From positions 78,849,513 through 78,913,512 of the forward strand of contig NC_068988.1 in assembly GCF_001194135.2 (NCBI RefSeq): 64,000 nucleotides of DNA, in the 5' to 3' direction. The position numbers were made by a program, and so were the translations under genes. This DNA is from Octopus bimaculoides (lineage: Eukaryota). The notes below the pieces were generated by a model, which had not been told where the DNA came from, did not search any database, and worked only from the letters and a program-made list of their open reading frames with translations. Positions 13,462 through 24,665 of the stretch are shown piece after piece (position 1 is the first letter of the stretch; each line of letters starts with the position of its first letter).

Positions 13462-13610
13462 ATTTAAAAGCAGCAGAAATATAAAAAAAAACAAAAAAAC
13501 TGTTACTCGGAGTAACAGTTTTTTGTTATATTTCTGCTGCTTTTAAATAAAGCATATTACTCTACCTCTGGTATTTGAGTACTCTTTTGTCCACCTTGTT
13601 GCACATTTAT
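13462..13610 (-). repeat. Fold-back dispersed repeat, family HH-A; copy lacking the hammerhead core
   Basis: Inverted repeat 13462-13548 centred on ACTGTTACTC-G-GAGTAACAGT; adjacent gcatattactctacctctggtatttgagtactc shared with 23780-23835. Confidence 0.8.
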
Positions 13611-13712
13611 GTGCTCACTCCGGTATGAACTCTTTTGTCTTCGTATTTCATCTTGTTTACTGTTGGTGATATCCTGTACCCATATATGCATATATATATA
13701 TATATATATATA

Positions 13713-13758
<46 letters not shown>

Positions 13759-15459
13759 TGTATAGATTGATAGATATATGCATATATGCATATATATGTT
13801 ATTTATATTATATATATTGATAATATAATAAGCTATTTCAGCAGCAGACCTGATCGTAAGTAAATGGGAGATGCGAGACACCGAATATATATTTTTGAAG
13901 ATGTCTAGCTCTATACCCAGAGAAATATTTGATCTTGCTGACATATGAAACGCTCGTTAATTAACTACATTTATAAAGCAAATATTTCATTGAAAACACT
14001 TACATTTCAAGTTGAAAAATATATATGTGACTTATTTCTCACTCCAGTGCATCATACTGCTCTCTCACAATTACAATGATTTACACCTTTAGATTAAAGT
14101 GATGCTATCTAATAATATATTCGAATAGTACCGTCTCGTTAACTCACTGCTTAGATTTATCTTGCACTCGGACTCAAAGTCTTTGATTTTCCCCTCTCTC
14201 TCTCTCTCTCTCCCTCTTTGTCTATCTGTCTGTCTCTCTTTTATTTATGTTTTATTTATGTTTTATTTATGTTTTATTTATTTATGTTTAGAATGCATCT
14301 CCTACTTTTACCTATATTCCTCGAAGTAATACTACAGGAAATCCTATATTTCTGGAACCTGGCTTCCTGAAAGAAGTTTGTTATATAGATAGCAATGGGT
14401 TTATTCAGTAAATGTTTATGTCCAGTGGATTCCGTTTCTCCAGTCCTCTTAATCGATATGGTGTTGTTCTCCATTGACTGATTTACAAACTTTCAGCATA
14501 GATCCTGAAATACCGACTTAAGATAATTAAGAATATATGGAACTCATGTGACCCAATGTGCGAGCAACACGATCTGTTAAAAATAGCAGCCATGTTTGTT
14601 CTCAGACCACATCCCAATGTCTTAAAAAATAAAAGATCATACTTCACAATGTACCCTGTTATGGTTTTAGGCACGTCATATCTAAAAAATAATAAAGATG
14701 TCGTGCTTACGTAAGATAGACCTTTGATGAAATCTGTTTTTTTGTATGTTTGTTTTATCACATTGAACCTAGAATTAAGTGATGTTAACAAATCTTCAAA
14801 AGGTGACCATCAAATAGTAAAGGACTTTTATTGAGTATATGGTTGAAGACATTGGAATTTCAAGGAAGAATGCACGGTACAAGGTACCAAGCCGACACTG
14901 ATTACACGGTAGCCATGCTGAGTATAGCAGGGCTACTGTGTAATTCCTTCTTTCAGTCTTACTCCACACTCTCTGACACACACACACACATACACGCACA
15001 TTAGTAAAACTACATAGACATACTAGCATGGCAAATTTAGCTATTTCTCCCTAGTTTTAGAATGAAAAAACGATAAACAACCTTAATCAATTATCGGACA
15101 TTATTGGGTTCTCGTCAGATGTGTCTACATCATTTGGCCAAACCGGAGAAATACGTAACTAACCTATTTATATACACAAGAAATCCAGTAGCTTCAGAGG
15201 ACGGGCCTACTGATTTACATATTATAAGTGTTCAACACTTTATTTAATATCAGCAACCTGTCAACGGGATCTCAGTCCACACATCGAAGTTTGTATAAAT
15301 TATATACACAGAAAGTCACTACACATACATTTTATATACACAACAAATCAGTGCCACTATATATAATTTCGTCTTCTGTTATTATACAAAGCCTATTTCA
15401 AATTGTGAAGAGTTATTCGTAATCTTTGAACAAAAGATAAAATGCTACTTTGTAGACTT

Positions 15460-16110
15460 TATTGAGTGCCTTTGAGTACAAACAAATATTTGAGAGGAAG
15501 CAGCCTATTCTTAAAAGATATAACCCGACAGAGTTTTGTTGTTGTTATTGATGTTCCTTGTTTTTGCATTCTTCTTCTTATTTTCATGTTTTTCTTGGCT
15601 CGGTCGTCTCTCTCAATTCCTACCGCATTTACAATCTTTGTGCTGTTTAACTGAACTAATACACTTAGCAAGTTGTTGAATCTGTCAACAACTGCACTGT
15701 TTAATAAACTGCCTGCACCGACAGACCATCACAATACATGGCCTCTTGCTAAGATATATAAACTATTTTACAGTAAAATAAAATAAAAAATAGAATAGGC
15801 ATACGAAAAAAACAAGCAAAAAATTAAAGTGAAGGGGGGAAATGTACTTGAGCTGTTTAGTGTAAATTCCATTCAGCTTTCTTGCGATTTACACTTCCCT
15901 TGCTTTCATGGTGTCGAGAACGTCTTTTATTTGTGGCTTTCTTAGTTCAGTATTAACTTTCTTTATTTCTTTAGCAACGCTCTTTCGGTGGTTTCAATTT
16001 CTAACTGTCAAGAGAGATGTTTTAAGTGTTTTAACACTCTCTTGTGAAAATTATTGTAGTCTGGACACAACATCCGTTACTTCGTCTGCATTAATAATTT
16101 GAACGCATAT
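15460..16110 (-). mobile_element. Highly degenerate R4/Dong-like ORF fragment (pre-RT region), tentative
   Basis: Translations RKSVAKEIKKVNTELRK..IKD..DT and KNRLL resemble the region seen at 57000-57200 and the QNRLF motif; many stops. Confidence 0.4.
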
Positions 16111-16112
16111 AT

Positions 16113-16326
16113 TCTTTTCTATTCTAGGCACAAGGCCTGAAATTTTGGGGGGAAGGGCCAGTCGATTAGATAGACTCCTGTACCCAACTGGTACTTAATT
16201 TATCGACCGCGAAAGGAGGAAAGGCAAAGTCGACCTCGGCGGAATTTGAACGCAGAACGTAAAGACAGACGACATACCGCTAAGCATTTTGCCTGCATGC
16301 TAATGTTCCTGCCAGCTCGCTGCCTT
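16113..16326 (-). mobile_element. tRNA-derived SINE, family B (central GTCGAC..CCTTTC..GGTCGATAAA..AGTACCAG domain)
   Basis: Reverse complement reads aaggcagcgagctggcagg... (A box), gcgttcaaattcc (B box), gaggtcgactttgcctttcc...ggtcgataaattaagtaccag...ggccttgtgcctagaatagaaaa. Confidence 0.85.
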
Positions 16327-16449
16327 CCAATTTGAACACATATATTGTCGCATGACTTAATATAGAGGTTCACTTCGTGAATGTCGACGGTTAGCAAACA
16401 TACAAAACAACACAGACACAGAAGCAGACAGACAGACACACATGCATAC

Positions 16450-16510
<61 letters not shown>

Positions 16511-16514
<4 letters not shown>

Positions 16515-16567
16515 CTCTTTTACTTGTTTCAGTCATTTGACTGCGGCCATGCTGGAGCACCACCTTT
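16511..16567 (-). mobile_element. 3' tail fragment of the OR2-like SINE
   Basis: tactcttttacttgtttcagtcatttgactgcggccatgctggagcacc, identical to the tail at 20227-20272. Confidence 0.85.
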
Positions 16568-16733
16568 TATAGTTAATTAATAAAATATATATCAGAAAAG
16601 AAGCACACTCTAAAGTATAGAGCATTAATTATTACAACAAAATTTTAATTTTGGACATAGACTTACTAAAGATTTCGTATCCACAAAGCCAAAGCCTTGT
16701 GGACAGCTCATCACACACACACACACACACACA

Positions 16734-16768
<35 letters not shown>

Positions 16769-16819
16769 GCACATGCATACAGACGCATACTCTCTCTCCC
16801 TCTCTCTCTATATATATAG

Positions 16820-16985
16820 TTAATTCTACAAAAAAAAAAACGGAGAAAAAGATAACAGGAAAAAACAACAACTCGTGGACGTAAGTACATGCAAAGTATT
16901 AATGAGACGCTTAGAGAAGGAAAGAAAGAGTGGTTGTTTTACGTTTCGAGCATTGCCCTTCTTCGGAAACAAGAGACATCCAAAA
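16820..16985 (-). repeat. Short dispersed repeat, family HH-B (copy 1), ending in gaattaactatata at (TA)n
   Basis: Reverse complement aligns with 18915-19095: ccttctc..agcgtc..attaatactttgc.tgt.ct.acgtcc. Confidence 0.75.
16934..16972 (-). ncRNA. Candidate minimal type I hammerhead ribozyme (CCGAAGA core variant, GUA cleavage triplet)
   Basis: Minus strand reads TTGTTT-CCGAAGA-A-GGGC-AAT-GCTC-GAAA-C-GT-A-AAACAA: 6-bp stem I, 4-bp stem II, palindromic ACGU helix III. Confidence 0.7.
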
Positions 16986-17880
16986 GTCCAAAAAAAAAAA
17001 AAGGAAAAGTGCCAACAATATGACTGAGAAAAAAATACTTCACATTGCGAAACACTTTGGTATCTATAAACACGTGACCTTCCGAAATAATTCCCTGTTA
17101 AGTGTCCTCATAACAAACAAGATAGTCTACTGTCCACACCTCCACCACTATCACAATATCTATTCAGACAGTTTCTGTAATCTCTTTCACTCTCCTTCCT
17201 ACACTTTCCTCTCTCTGTTATTGAATGCCAAAGTAGATCTAATAATCAGTAAATAATATGTTTACTTGCTTTTAAAATTCATTAGTAACATATTTTGTTC
17301 TAATACTAATAGCTTGATTGAATCCAGCCGAGATTCCTTTGAATTCCTTTGAATTCAGCACCAATAGAATATCCTCGCCACATGCGCTACAAGTAAAATA
17401 GGCCAAGAAATAATTTAAATGAGAACTAAAAAAAAAAAATTCAATTGTTTATTCATCTAATCTTAAATTCAGTTTCTGGGACGTTACTTCTAGAGTAAGT
17501 TCTCGAAATTTGGTTCACAACTCTATTGTTGGCAAAACAAAAGAAACAAAGTATTAACACAGTCGCTTTGTATATTTCTGCTGTTTTGTCTTTTATTCTT
17601 TTATTAAACAAGAGTCTATAGTTGTAACTTAACAGCACAACGTCTTCTTCTACTTTGTTGCTATTTCATTATAACTTAATAATCGTTGGAATCAAGAGTC
17701 TCTATTATAATTCTAAACGTCCATGGCCATGTTTATACAAAATAGCCGATAGAAATAATAGACGCAGATTCAGATTATCAGAATATGTTTGAATTAATGG
17801 ACAAAATACTGTGATAGGAAAACTCGGTTATATAACAAATACACAGATATACACTTTCATGAGCTCACACACACGTAATA

Positions 17881-18300
17881 TATAGGATGTTCCATAAAAT
17901 GTAAAGACATACTGAATTATTATAAAGTGAATATTTACTAAAACACTCGTCTTTTCCAAAATGCAAAGCAGTTAACAAACAGAAATTAATTTCTTTTGGT
18001 TGTTTATGAATATCTGTTTTCACACTGATGACTGTTTGGGACCAAGCAGTGGTGATACCGCAAAGTAATGGCATTGCAAACATCACGAAATATTTTGTAT
18101 GGTATTTCTACGCATTTCCGTTCAATGGCTGCCCTCTTTTCCTCGATTGATGCTAGTATTGAACCATAAACTCTGTCATTTAAGTATTCCCATTTAAAAA
18201 GTCTTCTTTTGTGAGGTCCGTGAACGCGGAAAGTATTCTACTGAACTGCTTCGTTCAAACCATCTGTTTAGCAAAATCGCCTTAGTGTAGGTTCTTATGC
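17881..18300 (-). mobile_element. 3' half of a mariner-like (DDxD) DNA transposon with degenerate right TIR
   Basis: Frameshifted NRWFERSSSVEYFPRS(P)DLTKEDFF.WEYLNDRVY...RAAIERKCVEIP..FRDVCNAI; tataggatgttccataaaatg at 17881 resembles the TIR tacagggtatccaaaaaatg at 33559. Confidence 0.7.
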
Positions 18301-18319
18301 TATTATGGTAAAGTGTGTG

Positions 18320-18394
<75 letters not shown>

Positions 18395-18686
18395 GGGGTC
18401 GTGGTGTGCTCATATGTGTCCGAATATGTGACTGTGCATTAAGTTAAAATCAGTTAAAATCAATTTAATGAATAATCTCCAAACCAGTGAACCCCAATAA
18501 AAACGAGCCTCAAATGTATTTAAATCGGCTGTAAAGTTAGGACCAATATGTACGTATAGACTAAATCAAATGCTATTATTTAAAAAAAGCACTTCAAACT
18601 TATTTGAAAATAAATTTTCTTGAATAAATATAACTTTTCCTTCTTCATCAGAGGATGAAAAATTTCCTAAACATGTTGAAACAATA

Positions 18687-18718
<32 letters not shown>

Positions 18719-18879
18719 CATATATATATATCTATATATACATATATTTATATATACACATATATTTGGGTACATATATGTATATGCGTATATATATTTA
18801 TATATGCATACATATATACACGCATATACGTACATACCTTCATACACACACACAAACACACGCATATATATATTGTCGA

Positions 18880-19085
18880 TTTTTTCCTGATTCTTCCTAC
18901 TTCTCTTTGAACTTCCTGTTTTTCCTGCTTCCGAAGAAGAGCGATGCGTGAAACGAAAAACGACTACTCATTCCTTCTCCGAGCGTCGTATTAATACTTT
19001 GCTTGTGCTACGTCCTCACGCTTGTTTGTTTTTGTTTTTGTTTTTCTTTTTTCCTTGTTTTTTCTCTCTGCTCTTTTGAATTAGC

Positions 19086-19095
<10 letters not shown>
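18880..19095 (+). repeat. Short dispersed repeat, family HH-B (copy 2), with decayed hammerhead motif at 18925-18966
   Basis: CTGCTT-CCGAAGA-A-GAGC-GAT-GCGT-GAAA-C-GA-A-AAACGA followed by the ~100 bp shared with the 16.9 kb copy; bounded by (TA)n. Confidence 0.7.
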
Positions 19096-19132
<37 letters not shown>

Positions 19133-19462
19133 NNNNNNNNNNNNNNNNNNNNNNNNNNNNNNNNNNNNNNNNNNNNNNNNNNNNNNNNNNNNNNNNNNNN
19201 NNNNNNNNNNNNNNNNNNNNNNNNNNNNNNNNNNNNNNNNNNNNNNNNNNNNNNNNNNNNNNNNNNNNNNNNNNNNNNNNNNNNNNNNNNNNNNNNNNNN
19301 NNNNNNNNNNNNNNNNNNNNNNNNNNNNNNNNNNNNNNNNNNNNNNNNNNNNNNNNNNNNNNNNNNNNNNNNNNNNNNNNNNNNNNNNNNNNNNNNNNNN
19401 NNNNNNNNNNNNNNNNNNNNNNNNNNNNNNNNNNNNNNNNNNNNNNNNNNNNNNNNNNNNNN

Positions 19463-19503
<41 letters not shown>

Positions 19504-20018
19504 AACAGAAAATACCAGAAGAAACCAACAAAGTGTATTCATTTGTCACATCTTTTAGTCTTGAATCATATTGGAAAATCTCATCCTAGATATACAAGAA
19601 CACGTTGTCACATCTGTAAAACTTTTCATCAAAAGTCTGTTCAGCCAGAGTTTTCTTGGTGTGAATATCACAAAACATATCTACAACATAGTTTGCTCAT
19701 CTCTGCATTTCAATCTCCCGCTTGAAGAGAGTTAAGTGGTAAAAGACTCAGGGAACAACCTCCGTGAAAGATGATGAAAAATTAGTATAGACGCCAATAG
19801 GAAAGAACTAAAAAATATACGGTATTGTCTTTCAATACAAAATAGTGAGAAGATTTCATTAGGTAATTTATTTGTAAGATGAGAACTAGAAGAGGAAATA
19901 TTTAGCAAATATCACAGCTGTTATATCAAGATCTGTTAAACTATTGATTTCCAGAACGATACTTCAATCAATCACCGATAAGTGTGTGCGTACCTGTCTA
20001 CACACACACACACGCACA

Positions 20019-20061
<43 letters not shown>

Positions 20062-20218
20062 ACATACACACACACAAACACACACACACACACAGCACAT
20101 GTGTTCGCTCGCACGCGCACGAACACATTTTGTATGTGTATACATATATTTTGTAAATATAAGTGTGCGTGTGTGTGTATGTGTGTGTGTTTGTGTGTGT
20201 GTGTGTGTATATATATAT

Positions 20219-20625
20219 ACTCTTTACTCTTTTACTTGTTTCAGTCATTTGACTGCGGCCATGCTGGAGCACCGCCTTTAATCGAGCAAATCGACCCCGG
20301 GATTTATTCTTTGTAAGCCTAGTACTTATTAAATCGGTCTCTTTTGCCGAACCGCTATGTGACGGGGACATAAACACACAAGCATCGGTTGTCAAGCAAT
20401 GCTAGGGGGACAAACACAGACACACAAACACATACACACACATATATATATACATATATACGACGGGCTTCTTTCAGTTTCCGTCTACCAAATCCACTCA
20501 CAAGGCTTTGGTCGGCCCGAGGCTATAGTAGAAGACACTTGCCCAAGATGCCACGCAGTGGGACTGAACCCGGAACTATGTGGTTGGTAAGCAAGCTACT
20601 TACCACACAGCCACTCCTGCGCCTA
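20219..20625 (-). mobile_element. Full-length tRNA-derived CORE-type SINE (octopus OR2-like) with internal (CA)/(TA) microsatellite
   Basis: Minus strand: A box TGGCTGTGTGG (20603-20613), B box GGTTCAGTCCC (20560-20570), CORE-like CTTGGGCAAGTGTCTTCTACTATAGCCTCGG, tail (AAGAGTA)n. Confidence 0.9.
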
Positions 20626-21519
20626 TATATATACATATATATATATATACATATATATATNNNNNNNNNNNNNNNNNNNNNNNNNNNNNNNNNNNNNNNN
20701 NNNNNNNNNNNNNNNNNNNNNNNNNNNNNNNNNNNNNNNNNNNNNNNNNNNNNNNNNNNNNNNNNNNNNNNNNNNNNNNNNNNNNNNNNNNNNNNNNNNN
20801 NNNNNNNNNNNNNNNNNNNNNNNNNNNNNNNNNNNNNNNNNNNNNNNNNNNNNNNNNNNNNNNNNNNNNNNNNNNNNNNNNNNNNNNNNNNNNNNNNNNN
20901 NNNNNNNNNNNNNNNNNNNNNNNNNNNNNNNNNNNNNNNNNNNNNNNNNNNNNNNNNNNTATATATATATCTGTAATCAGAGAATATGAAGAAGAAATAC
21001 TGACCCAAATAACTTTCTTTGATCCTAACAAGATGAGATTTGTTTCAGAGAGAGACTTGTAGGCTTTCCAGAGAGATAAGTATGTTTATCAGACTCAATT
21101 ATTATATAGTTTAAATAGATTGTTGATGTGCGTGTTTGTGTGTGTATGTGTGCGTGCGTGTGTGTGCGTGTGTAGGGTGTGTATGTGTGTAAATGTGAGT
21201 GTATGTGTATGGTGTGTCTATGTATATATATGTCAAGGATATGGATGTGTGAAACCATTTAAATGTTCGCAGTGATATTCATGCAGTATTAACATTACGT
21301 AGTGAATGTTAGAAACAGGTGTTGTTAACAAAGAACGCTATAAAACTATTTAATTTCTTAACAGTTGATCAATAGAAATACGAGATTTTACTAAGGTGTT
21401 ATTTGTATGACTATAAAATATTGTACATGTAAGACAGTTTTTTGTTTATAACCTAATAATAAAACAAGTTGGGCGATAAGATGGTAATTAAAATGCAATT
21501 ATTTGTTTAGCTGAAGTTG

Positions 21520-21775
21520 TATATATTTCTAAACTTATTATTCGTGTAGTGTAAATTATTCTTGTTAACAGTAAAACTCAAAGTAGATAAAGCTATAAAA
21601 ATAGCATGTGGAATATTGGGTTAAAAAACTTTGGATGGGAAAAAAGTCGAAGACTGCAAGTTTGCCTTATAACCTAATGTTCTACACGCTACTATTTATA
21701 GCTTTATCTACTTCGAATTTCAACCTTTAAAAAAATAATTACTTCATACCTCACGAACTTTGTAAATATATTTTG
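21520..21775. repeat. MITE-like fold-back; core arms 21574-21623 and 21670-21720
   Basis: aagtagataaagctataaaaatagcatgtggaatattgggtta versus the reverse complement aagtagataaagctataaatagtagcgtgtagaacattaggtta; degenerate outward extension. Confidence 0.8.
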
Positions 21776-22537
21776 AATATTCTAGTGTAGAATTAACATT
21801 TCTGTAAATGGAATTGGAGGGGTGGGATTCATTTTTATTGCTGTGGTGAATTTCCTTAAAACCATTAGGGGGAACAAAATAGTCACAAATGATGACTTTA
21901 AGTTGAGAACTAGTAACAATTTACCCATAAAATTGATATCCTCAGATTTATTGTGTATTCTGTTGTTTGCCTAACTATACGTGATCTCTGGGTAGGTCTA
22001 CGATTATCCCACACTCCTTTTCTTTCGAACTATATCTTCCAATACGTTCTTCCAGGTATTATGATGGAAGGGTGTAACTTAAAGGGAATTTGGCTGCCAT
22101 TCCTAGCATGTCGAGAGACTACAATAGAGTCTCTCTCGCTCTTTCTTTATTATAAATGTCCAAGCTTTCTGAATATGTATATAATACTTAACACGTATCG
22201 TATAGGATAGTGGAAACTGTGTGGAATTCGTACCTTGTTCGGGGACGTTACTGGTATAATTACAGGTGGAAATCAATGTCGGAACCGACTTCTGCATGTA
22301 CCAGTCTTATAAATGCACTAAGCTCTGCGTTAAACATAGAGATGACATGATATATTGTCAACATAAGAGAGACATTTATTGACACTAAAAGTATTAGAGA
22401 GCAAAGATGATACATGTATGAAGTGGAGTCAGTAATAATAGACGAAACAAAATACTGTATCGGCTGCAATGCTTTATGATTGCAGTCACGTCCACTGTTC
22501 ACCTCAAAGTTGTAATTTCGTATTGTATAAAACATCA

Positions 22538-22613
22538 CATTTGACGGTGAAGTATAAATAACGTCATTTGACGGTGAAGTATAAATAACGTCATTTGACG
22601 GTAAAGTATAAAT
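22538..22613. repeat. 27-bp tandem repeat, ~2.8 copies
   Basis: catttgacggtgaagtataaataacgt x2 plus catttgacggtaaagtataaat. Confidence 0.95.
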
Positions 22614-22727
22614 CGACCTTAGACGATGTCTGTTACTCGTGTAATAAACTCTGGAGAGACGAAAAGTAAAATTGTTTCAGTAAAGAACCTCGATTACAGC
22701 TGTCTTTCACGCTACCACTCAGACATT

Positions 22728-23005
22728 CATATCTCCATAGTTATCACTCCAATTATATCACACGAATCTCATATCTCTGTAGTTACCACTCTAATATATC
22801 ACACTACCACACAGCCACTCATATCTCCTTAGTTATCACTCGAAGTAACACCTTATCTCCATAGTTACAATGCAAATTAGTAATTTCTCCTCGGTATGCA
22901 CTCCAATTACTGTCATATTTTCTTTATATTGAGAACACCACCTACCATGTCTCCTTAGTTACCACTCAAATTAATGTAATATCTCCATAGTTACCACAAC
23001 CATTA
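22728..23005. repeat. Degenerate minisatellite: ~7 copies of CATATCTCCATAGTTACCACTC at irregular spacing
   Basis: Motif variants near 22728, 22770, 22818, 22851, 22888, 22946 and 22978. Confidence 0.75.
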
Positions 23006-23676
23006 ACATAATACATCCACTACCTGAGGTCCGAGTAACATAATATTTCTAAAGATAGCTCTGCAACTAACCTAATTACCATTTTAACACAATAATTCAT
23101 TGGTTTATTTCCTCTAAGCAATGCTATATATTCACAAGTATCTAGCGCGAAATCATATCTAACACGTCATTAACGCAATATTCCCACAAATTGCCCCTCG
23201 AAAACGAGAACAAAACAATATTTGTATCGTGTATATATTTCCAATAATTCTTCCGTTTACTATAATCCCTTGAGCCATTATTGTTTTCTAGTATATCTTT
23301 CTATACGGACAGCCATACCCCTTTTTTTATTGAACAGTAAATTATCTGTAATCTCCCATAATCCTTATTAATCTTATTTTACTCGTGTGTCTTGCATCAA
23401 ATAGAAGTAGAGATTGTTATAATGATTCCACATATTGAATAGCGTCAAATGGAGGAGTTTATATTGACAAGTATTTAGTCGAACCATGGCAACGATCAAT
23501 CAAAAGAGATTTTTACATTTCGGTAAAAGGAACATAGCTACCAGATTTTGTCCTTCGTTTCACATTAATACACGTATCAGCTGTACTAGCACAAAATATC
23601 TGCTGCTTCCCATACTGTAATATCAGCGATGTGTCGCTTATATATATATATGTGTGTGTGTGTGTGCGCGCGTGTA

Positions 23677-23781
23677 CTTTATTAAAAAGCAGCAAAAATA
23701 TCACAAAAATTGTTGCTCAGAGTTTCACGCACCCGTTCGTCGGACAGTTTTGTGATATTTTTGCTGCTTTTTTAATAAAGC
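23677..23781 (-). ncRNA. Candidate minimal type I hammerhead ribozyme inside a ~37-bp inverted repeat (family HH-A); cleavage triplet mutated to GCA in this copy
   Basis: Minus strand: ...AAAATATCACAAAACTGT-CCGACGA-ACG-GGTG-CGT-GAAA-CTCTGAG-CA-ACAATTTTTGTGATATTTT... Confidence 0.6.
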
Positions 23782-23854
23782 ATATTACTCAACCTCTGGT
23801 ATTCGAGTACTATTTTTTCCACCTTGTTTCGCATGTCTCTTGTTTCGCATGCTT

Positions 23855-23900
<46 letters not shown>

Positions 23901-24665
23901 TTTCTTTTTTCATCTTACCTAGAAGACGAAAACAAGAAAGAAACGGAAGAGTGAACTGAGTAATTTATTTAATCTTATTCAGCAAGATTTTATGAATGTC
24001 TTGATATATGATACCAACTTACATCATTAGGCGAACTTGCAGTGTTTCTTCTGATTCATTACGCTCTGTATTCAGCTTCCCCCGGGGTTGACTTCGTCTC
24101 TTCGGGGTGGATGAAATAAATACCAGTCGAGAACTGATTTTCTCTTACTGGTTTCTTTCTGATATATTCCTAACTTTCTTGGTTTACCTTTACTTTTTGA
24201 CTGTCTTCTATGTCTTCTATTTCCCACCTTTCTAATGACCGGATTTCCATTTCTGACTTCTCAGTAGCTGTACATAATGATTATGTGCAGTCGCTCAACC
24301 AGCAAAAAATAGCAGCCAAATCTCATGCAAATCACAGGCTACCATCTGTGGAAAAGACACATTGGGTAACATGGTTCTGGGCTCTGAGCCCATAAGGAAA
24401 GACGGGATGCTCAAACGGGATTATTTACGATCAATAGTTTGCTCAATCTCAAGTTAAATAGCAGTAGCTTCAGATGCAACAACAAAAACGTACAGGAAGC
24501 ACGGTTTAATTAATCACTGACTCATTAGTTTACTGAGCACAGTTTCGATCCACGAAGGTACTTTTATTTCTCCTAAACAATTCTAAACATAACTTTTCTC
24601 TAACGTAACCAGAAATAATCACGTCACACTTGTGATTTATATCTCAGTAAATCAAATTTTCGCAC

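Noticed and set aside
19500-19725. RTRCHIC...WCEYHK as a piggyBac-type Cys-rich tail
   Set aside because: Cys/His spacing is incomplete and there is no transposase or TTAA terminus nearby.
20560-20625. tRNA-like A/B boxes here and in other SINE heads
   Set aside because: No cloverleaf or acceptor stem; they are SINE promoters, not tRNA genes.
22728-23005. CRISPR-like repeat-spacer appearance
   Set aside because: Eukaryotic context, degenerate repeats, irregular low-complexity spacers and no cas genes.
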